Below are positions 11,170 through 24,583 of a stretch of 64,000 nt of DNA, piece after piece. This stretch comes from Octopus sinensis (taxonomy: Eukaryota), in NCBI RefSeq assembly GCF_006345805.1, contig NC_043000.1, forward strand, positions 163,866,001-163,930,000, written 5' to 3'. The stretch's first letter is position 1; each line of letters starts with the position of its first letter. The position numbers and the translations under genes are program-made. Under the pieces are notes generated by a model that saw nothing but the letters and a program-made list of their open reading frames with translations, ran no database searches and was not told the DNA's origin.

Positions 11170-13529
11170 CAATTTGATAAATTTAATAAAAGCGATTACA
11201 ATTGAATACAAAATATTTTTATCGACTTAAAATTCCAAACTGCAAAGAGAGAAAGAGAAAGAGGGAGAAGGTTAGAATGAGAAACAGAGAAAAGTAGAAA
11301 TAAATGCCACGTGACATTTTCTCTGTCGCTCAAACGGTTCTGCCAGCCCTTACTTTAATTTAGGCTCAAGGGCAGCAGTTGTAAGGGAAGCGAGTTAATC
11401 AATACCATTATTCTAAGAATTTGCTTGGTACTTTATTTTATCGACCTCCACAGTAATAAAAAGCAAAGATATCCTTCAAGTGGTTTAAACAGAAAATGTA
11501 AAGGACTGAACCAAATAACACAGGATATTGATCAAGGTTCTAACGATTCTGCGAGTACATCACCCAAAAAATGAAATAATAATCTGAAAAAGAAACAAAT
11601 AGAAATAGGCATGATTATGTAGCAAAACAACAAAATTAATGAAGGTTTCTGATTTTGGCATTAAGGACACGTGTGAGATAGTTGATACCATCAATCGCAG
11701 CACTTGACTAGCAGTTGACCCTGCATTGATGAAAAGGGAAGATGACCATAACAAGATTTGAACTCAGAGCCAGAAAAACATGGCAAAGTTGCATTTTTTC
11801 CACGACTTTCTAACAGTACTTCCAGCTCGACAGCAAAGTAAATAATACAAAATAATAAATAAATGAATAATAATAAAAAAAACTAAAACTTATATATTGA
11901 TTTTGATATTGTTTTTGTTGGTGTTGTTCTTTTTGTTGTTGTTGTTGTTGATGATGATGATGATGATGATGACGACGACGACGACGATGATGATGATGGT
12001 GGTGGTGGTGATGATTAACCGCAGAGCAGCCTCGATAGAGCAGACCCATGGTCAGACGTGTTCCAGCTGTCATCATGCTATCTTTCTATCTTCAGACACA
12101 CTATATCTAAGAGCACGTTATCAGATATAGCCTTCTTTCCTTTTATGTTTATAGGTTAAGATTTGATGAGATTTAGCTGCTGTTTTTAGCATATTAAGTG
12201 ACCATATAGAAGCCTTCTTCTTTGACTCAACCAGCTTGTGTGAGCTTCCTCGTTTAATTCTTTACAGAATTCGTAAGGTGACTTGTTCTCTATTTGCAAC
12301 TTATTTTATGTGGAATTCAATTGAAAGAGAATCATTTTTATGAGTCATTGAGTCATGAAGGGGAGTCGAATGGAGACATTCTCACCTCTGACCAACGTTC
12401 CGCCCGAAACAGTTTTTATTTCTGATCCTGATTTTTGCCAAAGACAATTTGATTAGGCCTCAAATTCTATTTAAAAAATAATAATTAATAAATACCAATC
12501 AGCGAGTGGCCTTAAACGCGATCTCACGACCTGCTAGAAATAATAGTCAATCAAGCGTCCTCAAATGAAACCGTATTCTTTGTTTTATAGCTTCGTCAGG
12601 GAAGGAAAGACGCTTGTGACCTTTTTTAAGGGTTTTCGAGGGAAGGGGAAGATATTGATATTGCCACAATGGAAACCTGGTCCGAAAGATTACAACAGAA
12701 TGAACACAAGGCTAGTGTGCATTGAGTAACGCAGTCTTAGGCACGCAATTCCTCAGATATTAATGCTATGGTCATGGCTTGAATGTCTTTGATCCGAGAT
12801 ATGGCGTGGCACTAAGCATAACACTGGGTTGATATGATATTAAGCAACAAATAACTTTATTTTTGCCTTTATTTTTACCTTTATTTCATGCCCTTACACT
12901 AATAGATGGATCCTGTTTCATTTTATTCAACTTTGGCAAACAAGGATACTGCACAGACATTTCAAAGGACACCAGTACGAGTTTGGTACTTACATCCCAG
13001 GTGAATACTAAGCATTTTTGCTAATTTCACTTGAATTCGAAATCATAGTATGGAGGTAAGACGTTAAATATAGAATATTCAGATATAATTACTGATATAA
13101 TTTCACTAAATCTTTTGGAACTCAGATTTTTTTTTATATATATTCCAATCATTTTGAATACTTTTACACATTCAGTCATCATACGGATTAGTGATAGTGA
13201 GTGAGAATTATTTAATTTTCATAGATTCTCTCTTTCGCTACTCCAGAAGATCCACAAATCTATGTATTTACTTTGTGAGTCAATCAAAAACAAACACATC
13301 GGCAGCGACAGAAATGTGATTATTCCAAATAAAAGTAAACCGTGCAGAGTTATCTCCCGTACTTGCCCATAAAAAACAGCGGTGAGTTACCAAGGAATTT
13401 TTTTTTCACCATATATCTTACATTACTTTAGCTTTTTATTTTAATCTTTTCTGGCATTAAAAATGCTTTTACCTACTTGACTATCATTTATCAACCAGAT
13501 GGCACCCGAAAACTGTTGAATTTTTAAAC

Positions 13530-13644
<115 letters not shown>

Positions 13645-14669
13645 AAATACCCGCAAATATACAGTTTTGTATATTTAGTTAGTGATTCAATCTCTAACAC
13701 TTGGCGGCTACAGTGAGATTACATTTCCAATGAAGCCTCCCCCACCTCACCCAAACCAGGATGAAAAGTCCAGAATCCTTCCTTGTATATTTGTTGATGA
13801 AAGATAATATTAGTAATATTATTTTAGTTTATATTTTCCTCCTGTCTATATATAAAACTTACTTTATTTTGTCTTGGTTGTTAATACTCAACGCATTAAA
13901 ATTGCGTCCAACCATTTAACTTCCATTACATTAGTCAAGGTTTCATCCCGCTTATTTTATTTTGCAATTCTTCTGAGTAATCACTTTGGTTAATTAGCTG
14001 AAACCTTAGATCGCAAGAATAAAATGGAATACAGTATTTAGTTTCGTTCTTCTTCAAATCTCGTTGGTGTTGAGATTACTTTTCATTTCTTTAGGAGTCG
14101 ATGGAGTAATTAACAGTTATATACAGGGTTCTTTCCATTGACTATACACCCAGCAAATGTAATCTTTTGGGTACTTAAACAAAATTATTCAGGAGACTTA
14201 TCTTAATACTTGCTATCGTTGATTACTTGAGTATATGATCTCAATATTTTTTCAGACTGCCCGGTTATAATACATTTTTTCCCCTTTTAAGCATTATATA
14301 TCTCTGTTTATCCTAAGTATGTTTGTCATCCTTTATCAAAAGCATAATTAAAAATGGATTAAGGAGGTTTTGAAATTGCAGTTATAGATTTGTTGGGTAA
14401 CAACAGTAATCATGCAGCCAAAGTAAGAACACATTGCAATTGAGAGGGATCAACTGTCCCAGTTAATAGGTAAATGTTTAGTGGTCATATTCAATGCTAA
14501 CTCTGAGCTGTAACCTACTACATCCAGTGCAGTAACTATTGGTCCTAACTTCATTCAGTATGATCTATAAGTACTAAACATGAATTTTAGCCAGGAATGT
14601 TTGTCCAGAATATTTGGAATGCTAACTTTACGAATTTGCTCTCAGTAATAATCCCTAAAAACATATTCT

Positions 14670-14902
14670 TATTTCTTTATTGCCCACAAGGGGCTAAACA
14701 TAGAGGGGACAGACAAGGACAGACAAAGGGATTAAGTCGATTACATCGACCTCAGTGCATAACTGGTACTTAATTTATCGATTTAGAAAGGATGCAAGAC
14801 AAAGTCGGCCTCGACGGAATTTGAACTCAGAACGTAAAGACAGACGAAATACTGCTAAGCATTTCGCCCGGCGTGGTAAGGTTTCTGCCAGCTCGCCACC
14901 TT
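14670..14902 (-). mobile_element. tRNA-derived SINE, Nin/Deu-like central domain, tail type B
   Basis: Head GGCGAGCTGGCAGAA...GAGTTCAAATTCC and tail ...AGCCCCTTGTGGGCAATAAAGAAATA. A 16-bp TSD (14/16 identical) is at 14654-14669 and 14903-14918. The Nin/Deu assignment is from memory of GCCTTTCATCCT...GGTCGATAAA.T.AGTACC. Confidence 0.85.
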
Positions 14903-15046
14903 CCTAAGAACAGATTCTTAACACTTGATCTTCACTACCCATTCACAAAGAAAAGACAATGGGATCTCGTTACTTTATCACAATTTTGAAAAGATAAGTA
15001 TAGCCATATATCTACGTACATGTTATTACTGCATAGTAGTGTACAT

Positions 15047-15205
15047 CAGTGATCCGCGACCGGGATGCCGCGGAACACGAGTGTGTCACGATACGCTATT
15101 GGTCGGGCTGTATTTTAACCCGAACATAATTCTTTTCCCCATACTTTGAGTTATATTTTTAGCTCAAGTGTGACGCCGATGTGAAAAAGAGGTTGCGGAG
15201 CGCTG
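15047..15205. mobile_element. hAT (Charlie-like) MITE
   Basis: Imperfect TIRs CAGTGATCCGCGACC and GGTTGCGGAGCGCTG. The flanking 8-mers GTGTACAT and GTTTAGAG resemble a decayed NTCTAGAN TSD. Confidence 0.5.
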
Positions 15206-15604
15206 GTTTAGAGTAACGATTCACAACCCTTTTCGGAAGGTTGGCTACAAAGTCTCAACAACTGTTAATTTACTTTTAATTTCATTATGTACTCGTAGTA
15301 ACAGAGTAGGGTATAAATATTTTAAATTAAGAAATTAATTATACATTGTATAAGATAATTGTAAATATATTTTAAATTGAAATAGATTTTAGATTATCGT
15401 ATGTCAAAAAAGAAAAATAGCGATATACTTGATCTCGTGGAACTCACCGTGAACACGGAAGTTTCGGCATGAACTGCTCGTGTTTCATCTGAACCAAGAC
15501 GTGCATCAGTACGACGGGGTGCACTTAGGATCTTATTGTTATTATGTATTAAAGTTATATGATACATTTTGAATATTAGCATCTTAATACTATTGCAGCT
15601 ATAA

Positions 15605-15990
15605 AGGCGGTGAGCTGGCAGAAACGTTAGCACGCCGGCCGGAATGCTTAGCGGTATTACGGCTGCCGTTACGCTCTGAGTTCAAATTCAGCCGTGGTCG
15701 ACTTTGCTTTCATCCTTGCGGAGTCGATTAAATAAGTACCAGTTACATATTGGGGGGCGATATAATCGACTTAATCCCTTTGTCTGTCCTTGTCTGTCCC
15801 CTCTACTTTTAGTGCTTGGCGATATCTCGTCTGTTTTTACGTTCTGAGTTCAAATTCCGCCGAGGTCGACTTTGCCTTTCATCCTTTCGGGGTCGATAAA
15901 TTAAGTACCAGTTGCGCACTGTGGTCAACCTAATCGACTGGGCCCCTCCCCAAAAATTTCGGGCCTTGTACCTAGAGTAGAAAAGAATAT
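15605..15990 (+). mobile_element. SINE dimer: B-tail copy followed by a headless A-tail copy
   Basis: The first unit has the full head and the TTAATCCCTTTGTCTGTCC tail. The second starts at TGCTTGGCGATAT and ends CCTAGAGTAGAAAAGAATATT. Confidence 0.8.
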
Positions 15991-16654
15991 TATTCCAACT
16001 ATTTCTTGCCTTTCTATCTCTTATCTATTCAACAACCCCCATTTAGAAGTATTTGTACTTGAGTGTGCACTTGTCCAAAATAACTTCCCTTTATCCGCTT
16101 GCATCTTATCCTCCCCCTAATACGACTCTTCTATCGCGGCGACAATGGAACCTCTAAGTTGTTTTTTCACTTTGCATGAAATAGCGACCAACTCGCCTTC
16201 AAATCACACGCTAACATCGTTTTTATGAACATTGAATAAGTAAATAAAAGGAAGGACAGAATGAAAAACAGGCGGAAAGGCTGAGGCTGAAGTACATTTG
16301 ATAAAAGGACTTTTCGATCAACGCTGACATAATGTTAAACAACAATAACAACAACAACAACACAGTAACAACAACAACAACAACAACAACAAATGTTCTG
16401 TAACCATATACTTTGGAATAATTATTTTGAAATCTCAAAGCCGATGGCTCGCTGGTGGCGGAAGAAAGAGTTTTTGAAAACAGATGTTGATTACGTAATG
16501 TTCCAGGTAAAGATTTGAAATGAACCGCCTTGGAACAGAAAGACGGCCGATAAATGTCGTGAGCAAACTGTTCAATAATGGATGATTTGTTTATTTCAAA
16601 AACGGGCAGAGAGTGGAGAGCTCAATCAAATTAATTGATCTTTTTCCTCTCCTG

Positions 16655-16702
<48 letters not shown>

Positions 16703-17569
16703 ATCTCTCTCTCTCTCGATTTTCTCTTTCACCTTTTATAATAACATGAAAAAGAACAATATTAACAACAAAATAATAACAACAAAATGACAATGATGGC
16801 GGTGGCGGTGGCGGTGGCGGTGGCGGCGGTGGTGATGAAGATGATGATGGTGATGATGATAGTAGATGCAGACCATTTTATTAATTTAATTTAATTTTTG
16901 TGAGGTAGGGGGAAGCATGAAGATGCAATTTATAGTAATAATATTGTAATGATGATGATGATGATGAGGAAGAGGAGGAGGAGGAGGACGATGGTAGCGA
17001 TGCCACTGGTAATGATGATGGTACCGATGATAATTCCTATGATTAGCAAGTGACATTTTATTTCCCCCACCCCTATCCTATCATTACTATTAAAGGAAAG
17101 ATTTAAAACCCTGTGAGATTTTTTAGGGTTTGATTTTTGCATAAATTTCTTTAATCTTGGGACAGAAAAATTAAGAAAAGCATTCCTCCTCCCACATCCC
17201 CCATACCCTCATATAATCATCCTCTCCCACCAACGTAAAATATTCTTGCACTAGCAAAGTCCCCAGGGTCTTTTTATCATTCTATAAACGTATCCAAATT
17301 GCTATGTAATTTGTTTTGTTGTTGTTGCTTTTTTACTAGTGATAATGTTATGGGTTTTTTCCTGTTTTTTCTTTTCTCCTTTTTTCTGATTATTTAATTT
17401 CTCACATTTTAAGTATTTGCTAATGATGATGGATAACTGCTCATTTTTCACGTAATTTGGCTTGTAGCTATGTTTGTGTGTTTATGAGTGTTTTTTGAAG
17501 TTTTGGGAGGAGATAATGAAAAGAATCTGTTCTTAAATAGAAGACTGGATCTGTTGGAAAATGTTACTT

Positions 17570-17765
17570 TCCAATTTTGGCACAACACCTGCAATTTCAG
17601 TGGAGTGGGTAAGTCAATCGCATCAACCCCACTACTTAACTGGTACTTATGTTATCGACCTGGAAAGAATGAATGGCAAAGTCGACCTCGGTGGAATTTG
17701 AACTCAAACAACTCAGAACGTAAAGACGGACGAAATGCCGCTAAGCATTTTGCTCGGCATGTTAC
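17570..17765 (-). mobile_element. tRNA-derived SINE (Nin/Deu-like family), diverged
   Basis: Reverse complement contains GAGTTCAAATTCCACCGAGGTCGACTTTGCC and AAGTACCAG. Confidence 0.8.
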
Positions 17766-17804
17766 TCTCTTGGAAAATATTAAACTAAAGTCAGTATTTT
17801 TTCA

Positions 17805-18004
17805 TTTCTTTTATTTGTTTCAGTCATTTGACTGCGGCCATGCTGGAGCTCCGCCTTTAGTCGAAAACATCGACCCCAGGACTTATTCTTTGTAAGCCTA
17901 GTACTTATTCTATCGGTCTCTCTTGCCGAACCGAGAACGTAAACACACCACCATCGGTTGTCAAGCGATGTTGGGGTGGGGGACAAATACAGGCACACAA
18001 ATAT

Positions 18005-18073
<69 letters not shown>

Positions 18074-18150
18074 TGCTATTAAGTTAGACATGGCCTGGGC
18101 CAATAATGGCCGAAACCTATCAAAGTATATATATATATATAATATATATA

Positions 18151-18206
<56 letters not shown>

Positions 18207-18357
18207 GACGGGCTTCTTTCAGTTTCTGTCTACCAAATCCACTCACAAGGCTTTGGTCGGCCCGAGGCTATAGTAGAAGACACTTGCCCAAGGTGCCACG
18301 CAGTGGGACTGAACCCGGAACCATGTGGTTGGTAAGCAAGCTACTTACCACACAGCC
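17805..18357 (-). mobile_element. tRNA-derived SINE family C (CORE-like motif, internal TA microsatellite)
   Basis: Minus strand has A box TGGCTGTGTGG, B box GGTTCAGTCCC, the motif GTGGCACCTTGGGCAAGTGTCTT, an internal (TA)n tract and the tail GCATGGCCGCAGTCAAATGACTGAAAC. Confidence 0.85.
18072..18126 (+). mobile_element. 55-bp 3' terminus of the CR1-like LINE, inserted in (TA)n
   Basis: Identical to 43911-43965 and flanked by (TA)n on both sides. Confidence 0.9.
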
Positions 18358-18827
18358 ACAAAATACATATATAAATGCAATCCATACGTTGTTGTTGATT
18401 TTAGTACCATTCAGTAAAAGTGGAGTTCCAGCCGTGACTACACCATCTGTTTGCCTGTTGAAACATTGTATATATGTTTATAGCACAGCACTCCACATTT
18501 CTTTCTCAAAATAAAGCTTAAAGACAATGATGTGTTACTTCGAGACGATTAATTGCTATATCTAGTAAACTAAGCGATCAAGTGGTGGCTTTTTCGTTTG
18601 CTGGACAAACATCCGTTAAGTGCAGAGAGAGATGTGTGCGTTAGTGTGCGTATATGCGTGTGTATGCGTGCGTGTGTGTGTGTCAGTGTCTGTCGGTCTG
18701 TTTGTATCTTTCTGTCAGTATATGTTTGTGTGATTAGATGATGATCTGGGCGCTATTTCTAACATATGCATACACACATATACACATTCGCACACACAGA
18801 TATATATATAATATATATATATATATA

Positions 18828-18918
<91 letters not shown>

Positions 18919-19020
18919 AATTGAGGATAAAATCTTTAAAAGAAATTATCAGTAGTCAGCGTGAAAAACCTCGTAAGAGAAAAAATCCGTAAATTCTTTT
19001 TCCTTGAAAATATTCATTTA

Positions 19021-19442
19021 TATTATAATGAGGGTACTACTATTAGTAGATACCAACACGCTAAGAGGGACCAATGCGGTCAAAACTACTAAAAAATAGG
19101 CAACTACGAGGCAATTTGTCACCGAAATGCATTGCGAAAAAGCCCGCCATTTTCATAGATATGTAAAGATAAACATTCGTATATGCTACGATGAATACTA
19201 CGGTTGGCTATCGAGTTTGTAATGTTATGTTTTTTCTTATATTTCTTGAGTTTGTTGCACTGACGAACATGAAATACATATTCTGCATTAAATGCGAAAT
19301 CACATGTGATATGTAACTGAATTCTTTTTTAAAATGATGTGTTTTGAAGTTTTGCATTCGGTAATATTTTGTTTATTTTTTAGTAGTTTTGACCGCATTG
19401 GTCCCTCTTAGCGTGTTGGTATCTACTAATAGTAGTACCCTC

Positions 19443-19451
<9 letters not shown>
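19021..19451. mobile_element. MITE with 78-bp perfect terminal inverted repeats, TA-flanked
   Basis: 19021-19098 is the exact reverse complement of 19374-19451. TA lies at 19019-19020 and 19452-19453, and there is no ORF. Confidence 0.9.
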
Positions 19452-19497
<46 letters not shown>

Positions 19498-20222
19498 GAT
19501 ATATATATGTGTGTGTGTGTGCGTGTGTATGTATGTATGCATGTGTGTATGTGTATATGTGTGTGTGTTATGTGCCTGTGTTGTGTGTGTGTGTGTCATG
19601 TGTGTGTGTGGTTGTCGAGGCTGGCACCTCACATCTAGTTATTCGCGTATTACGACATCCCGGCGATCAGTGCAGTACGGATAATCAAAATACCTTTTCC
19701 TTACTTGTTTTTACAAATAATCTTTTGTTTGTCTCAAACGTCTTCGAAGGCGAGAAGCGAGTGTACAATCTGCTGTCATAAGAAATTACAGCATACACAC
19801 ATACGCACACATGTGTGCGCACGCCTACAATGGGTTTCTTTCAGTTTCCGTCTTCCAAATCCACTCACAAGGCATAAAGTCGGCCCTGGGCTGTAGACGT
19901 TCCCATGAATGATAAACAGATTCTATTAAAGAGAAGTCAATAAGATTATAATTGATATATTTCGGGATGGTATATATATAAGTATATATATAAGGCAAAG
20001 GAGCACTGATGCGGTCACAGGAGTGTGACGAAAGAACTCTGGCCGAAATAAGATTAAGATTAATGTAAAAAATAAATAACGCTCAAGCAAAGTAACACCA
20101 AATATATAGTGCGTGTGTTTTTATTGGCTAAACTGGCAAAATGACCATTCCGAAATATAACAATATCTGTTTCAACACACGACTTCACATCAAAAATCTT
20201 GCAAAACAAATATATAAACGTA

Positions 20223-20258
<36 letters not shown>

Positions 20259-20684
20259 GGGTTATTGTTCCATCTCTTTGTGGTCCTCATTGTCAATGGC
20301 ATTTTTGACTTTCGGTCCATGACGTCTACGATGACTATTCGGTCTTGCCGCAGATTTGTATGGTTTGAAGCATCAGTAACAAACGAAGGTTGGAATTTCT
20401 ACTGCATCGATGTAACAAGCAATGTTCAGTGCACTTTATCTAGCACCTTCCTAGAAATCTTCCTAAAAAGGGCTACTCAATCACAAGAATCCCCACCGAA
20501 GTTAGACCTTGTAACGGGAAAACCCTACAACGATGTTAGTATTATACTGTTGCCTATGTGTTGATGTGTAACATATGTAATATACGTATATACAACACCC
20601 ACGTACAAATACACACAAAACACAGATTGGTGAGGTTGATACGATTGGCGTTCAATATGAACTTCTGTAGTTTAATATCTCTTT

Positions 20685-21045
20685 TACTCTTTTACTTGTT
20701 TCACTCATTTGACTGCGGTCATGCCGGAGCACCGCCTTTAGTCGAGCAAATCGACCCCAGGACTTATTCTTTGTAAGCCTAGTACTTATTCTATCGGGCT
20801 CTATTGCGGAGACGTAAACGCACCAGCATCGGTTGTCAAGCGATGTTGGGGGGGGGACAAACACAAATATATACATACATATATATGACGGGGTTCTTTC
20901 AGTTTCCGTCTACCAAATCCAATCACAAGGCTTTGGTCGGCTCGAGGCTATAGTAGAAGACACTTGCCCAAGGTGCCACGCAGTAGAACCGAACCCGGAA
21001 CCATGTGGTTGGTAAACAAGCTACTTACCACACAGTCACTCCTAC
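20685..21045 (-). mobile_element. SINE family C copy
   Basis: Same head, CORE-like motif and tail as 17805-18357, with a short internal TA tract. Confidence 0.85.
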
Positions 21046-21519
21046 AAAATATATGAACAAGGATGAGTTTTCGTATGGTCTCAATTCTAGGAAGAAAATA
21101 TAGAGCCAAATATTGACTGTAAACTTGAAAGAGTAAGATACGTTTAAGATGATGAAAGACATTGAGGTGTTAAGCAACCTATTAGTTCGGAAACAGAATC
21201 TATTGCAGTATTTGTAGATGGAGCTGGAAAGGAAACGGAAAATCTATATTTCATGGGGTTTGCGCTTTAATTAGTGAATCAGTCGGATGACCTTTCGAAC
21301 AGACAGACTACAAACAGACAGACAGACAGATAGACACACATAAACAGAAAAGCGGACAGACACATGGAAAGACAAAAAGAGAGACAGTCAGATAGGTAGC
21401 TAGACAGATATTTAGATAGATAGATAGATAGATAGAGAGAGAGACAGTCAGACAGACAGACAGACGTACATACATATATATACACTCATGTACATACATA
21501 CATACACCCGCATAATACT

Positions 21520-21890
21520 TCTCTCTTATAACCACATTATAGTGCAATCGGCCTGATATTTTTTCTTTGAGACCACAAAATAAAAACATTCTCTGTGACT
21601 GCTCACCAGACATCAATCTGGTTAGAAAAATACAGGAGAAAGAAGGCATCTACGGACGTTTAATGAGAAGCTTGCAATTCCAGGAGCTAAAATACCATTT
21701 GAACTTTATAACTATTATTATTAGAGCGACAGGATATGTACCGAGCCACCTGGATCATAGTATAGTTGATCTTGGGTCACTGAGACAAGAATGTTTCTCC
21801 AAAATTTGTACACTACCGATGATTGCAATATCCAGGAGAATAAAAAAATTTGTTAAGACTTTCCAAAATCTATTTACAGTGTGAATGCTT
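21520..21890 (+). pseudogene. Restriction-like endonuclease C-terminus of an RLE-type non-LTR retrotransposon (decayed)
   Basis: Reads NRPDIF...CSPDINLVRKIQEKEGIYGRLMRSLQ...FITIIIRATGYVP...LG...RRIKKF, fitting the PD-(D/E)xK layout RPD...EVSCP.D.N...K..EK...Y..L...IIVGALG. Confidence 0.6.
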
Positions 21891-22211
21891 GCGCAAAGGA
21901 TGACTAAAAGAAGACAGGTTACTTTTTATAAAACCGATCTATATTTTCTTTGCAATCATGCCTCTGAGCAGGTGGCCTGTCAAAATAAACTCTAAAACTC
22001 CAATCAGTACCGTTAAAACATCCGTATAGACATGCATACAAGCATAACTACACACATACATACACAAATGCATTCCGACTTACATGCATACATACATACA
22101 TACACACACACAAACAAACAGACAGATTACATATGCATGTATGTATGTGTATGTATGTATAGATAGATAAATAGATAGATAGATACATACATACATACAT
22201 ACATACATACA

Positions 22212-22244
<33 letters not shown>

Positions 22245-22283
22245 CTCTCTCATATATATATAATAAATAGTAAATAATATATA

Positions 22284-22364
<81 letters not shown>

Positions 22365-23474
22365 TGTATGTATGTATACCTGGTTGTTATGACCTACAGC
22401 CACATTGTATTACTTGTTCCTTTCTTATGGGCAGAATCGTCACATGAGGAGTATGAAGCAAACAACTCTTCTTCACAAACATGTTTTGCAGACATTTTCT
22501 GATGATCAACTCTGCAGTTTCCATCTACCAAAGTCAGTCACGAGTCTGTGGTTGGCCTAGGGCTATAGTTTGAAAACACTTGCCCTAGGTACCATGCAGA
22601 AGGACTGAATGTGGAACCATGTGTTTGGGAAGCAAACTTCTCAACCACACAGCCATTCTTACATCTTATATGTATTTGTGTATTTATATTTGTTGTTGAA
22701 TTGAGTATTGTGTCCCACTATGTCTCACAGTTCACCAAGCAGAAATCTACAAAGAGATCTACAAAATAGATGCCAGATTGAAATATGTCCTGAAGTCAGT
22801 ATTTTCAATTAAATTTTTGAATGTGATATCTCATCATGGCGACAATCGAAAGACTAAACCCAGTAAAATAATGCTTAAAGATTTAATAGCTTCAAAGTTA
22901 AGGTAATGGATTACTAACCACAAGATGAGTTGACCTTCCACTATATACGATAACACTATAAGTTCATAGTCTACTTGACTTCCAGCAATTAAAAATTGTA
23001 ATTTGAAGTTGAATGGTTGGTAAGAAAGATGTCCGGAGTTTTATCATGGCTACCGAATAATTGTCACATATTACATTTACAGATATATATATATATACGA
23101 AAATCTAATCAATGAGAAAGTTTGTACGCAGGCGCAGGATCTTCTGTAAACAGCAAGCTAACATTTCCTTAATGAAACTCTACTGCGTTTCAAATGGGAG
23201 GACATACTGGACAGTGCCGTCAATAGGATAATATTGTACTATGTCTGCAAAACGGGTGGAAATCCTTTGATCAGAAGTCTGCTCGATCATGTTTGACCCA
23301 AGTACCAAAAAGCGATAGCAACGTAAATATTTATATAACAACTTATATTTAGAAGTTACAATCTCTGCGTCGTGTGATGCTTTTCAACCGAACATTATCA
23401 AATATATTTAGTAAAATAAAAGAAATAAGTATGTCTTACGCTTCAGGAGGTACTTTTGTAGTAATATGAGCATG

Positions 23475-23945
23475 AGGCAGCGAGCGAGCAGAATTGTTAA
23501 CACGTTGGGCAAAATCCTTAGCGCTAATTCGTCTGCCGCTACGTTCTGAGTTCAAATTCCACCGAGGTCGACTTTGCCTTTCGTCCAGTAGGAGTCGATA
23601 AAATGAGTGCGTGTTGAGCACAGGTGTCGACCTAATCGTCTTAGCCTCTTCCCCTAAAATTTCCGGCCTTGTGCCAAAATTCGAAACCAATATTTCACTG
23701 AGAGTAGAGTAATGTTTTGCATGGTAAAGGCGGCGAAATAGCAGAATCGCTAGCACGTCGAGCAAAATGCTTAGCGGCATTTCTCCCGTCTTCATGTTCT
23801 GAGTTTAAATTCCGCTGAGATCGATTTTGCTTTTCATCCTTTCGGGGTCAAATAAAATATGAACCAATCGAGCACTGGGGTTGATGTAATCGACTTAAAA
23901 ACTCCCTCGAAAATTGCTGGCCTTGTGTCAAAACTTAAAATCAGT
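23475..23945 (+). mobile_element. Two tandem Nin/Deu-like SINE copies (tail type A)
   Basis: Two GGC.GCGA....GCAGAAT heads, two B boxes GAGTT(C/T)AAATTCC and two GGCCTTGTG.CAAAA tails. Confidence 0.8.
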
Positions 23946-24211
23946 ATTTTGGATGATAAAAAAAGTGTATTAGCAGTCAACAGTTTGCATAAGTTCTGGG
24001 TTCAAATCTCACCAAGATCAACTTTGCTCTTCATTCGCCCTGGGTAGAAAAAATAAAATGTCAATCAAATACTGGGGTTTCCTCTCCACCAAAGTTTGTG
24101 GAGTTGTGCGTATGGCTAAGATTAAGAGGAATTAAATGTGTTGTGCGAATACGTTTGTATCTGTATTTATGTAACTGTGTGCACGCGCGCATCTTTGTGT
24201 ATGAACTGGTG

Positions 24212-24582
<371 letters not shown>

Positions 24583-24583
24583 A

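Noticed and set aside
15455-15530. Hammerhead-like fragments (CAGATGA...GAAAC on the minus strand)
   Set aside because: No consistent stem I or II and no NUH triplet.
16420-16640. Possible conserved enhancer (TGATTTGTTTAT, TCAATCAAATTAATTGAT motifs)
   Set aside because: Short AT-rich motifs are expected by chance here, and cross-species alignment would be needed.
19255-19290. CTGACGA-ACAT-GAAA inside the MITE
   Set aside because: Stem II cannot form, and stems I and III are mutually incompatible. It is probably chance.
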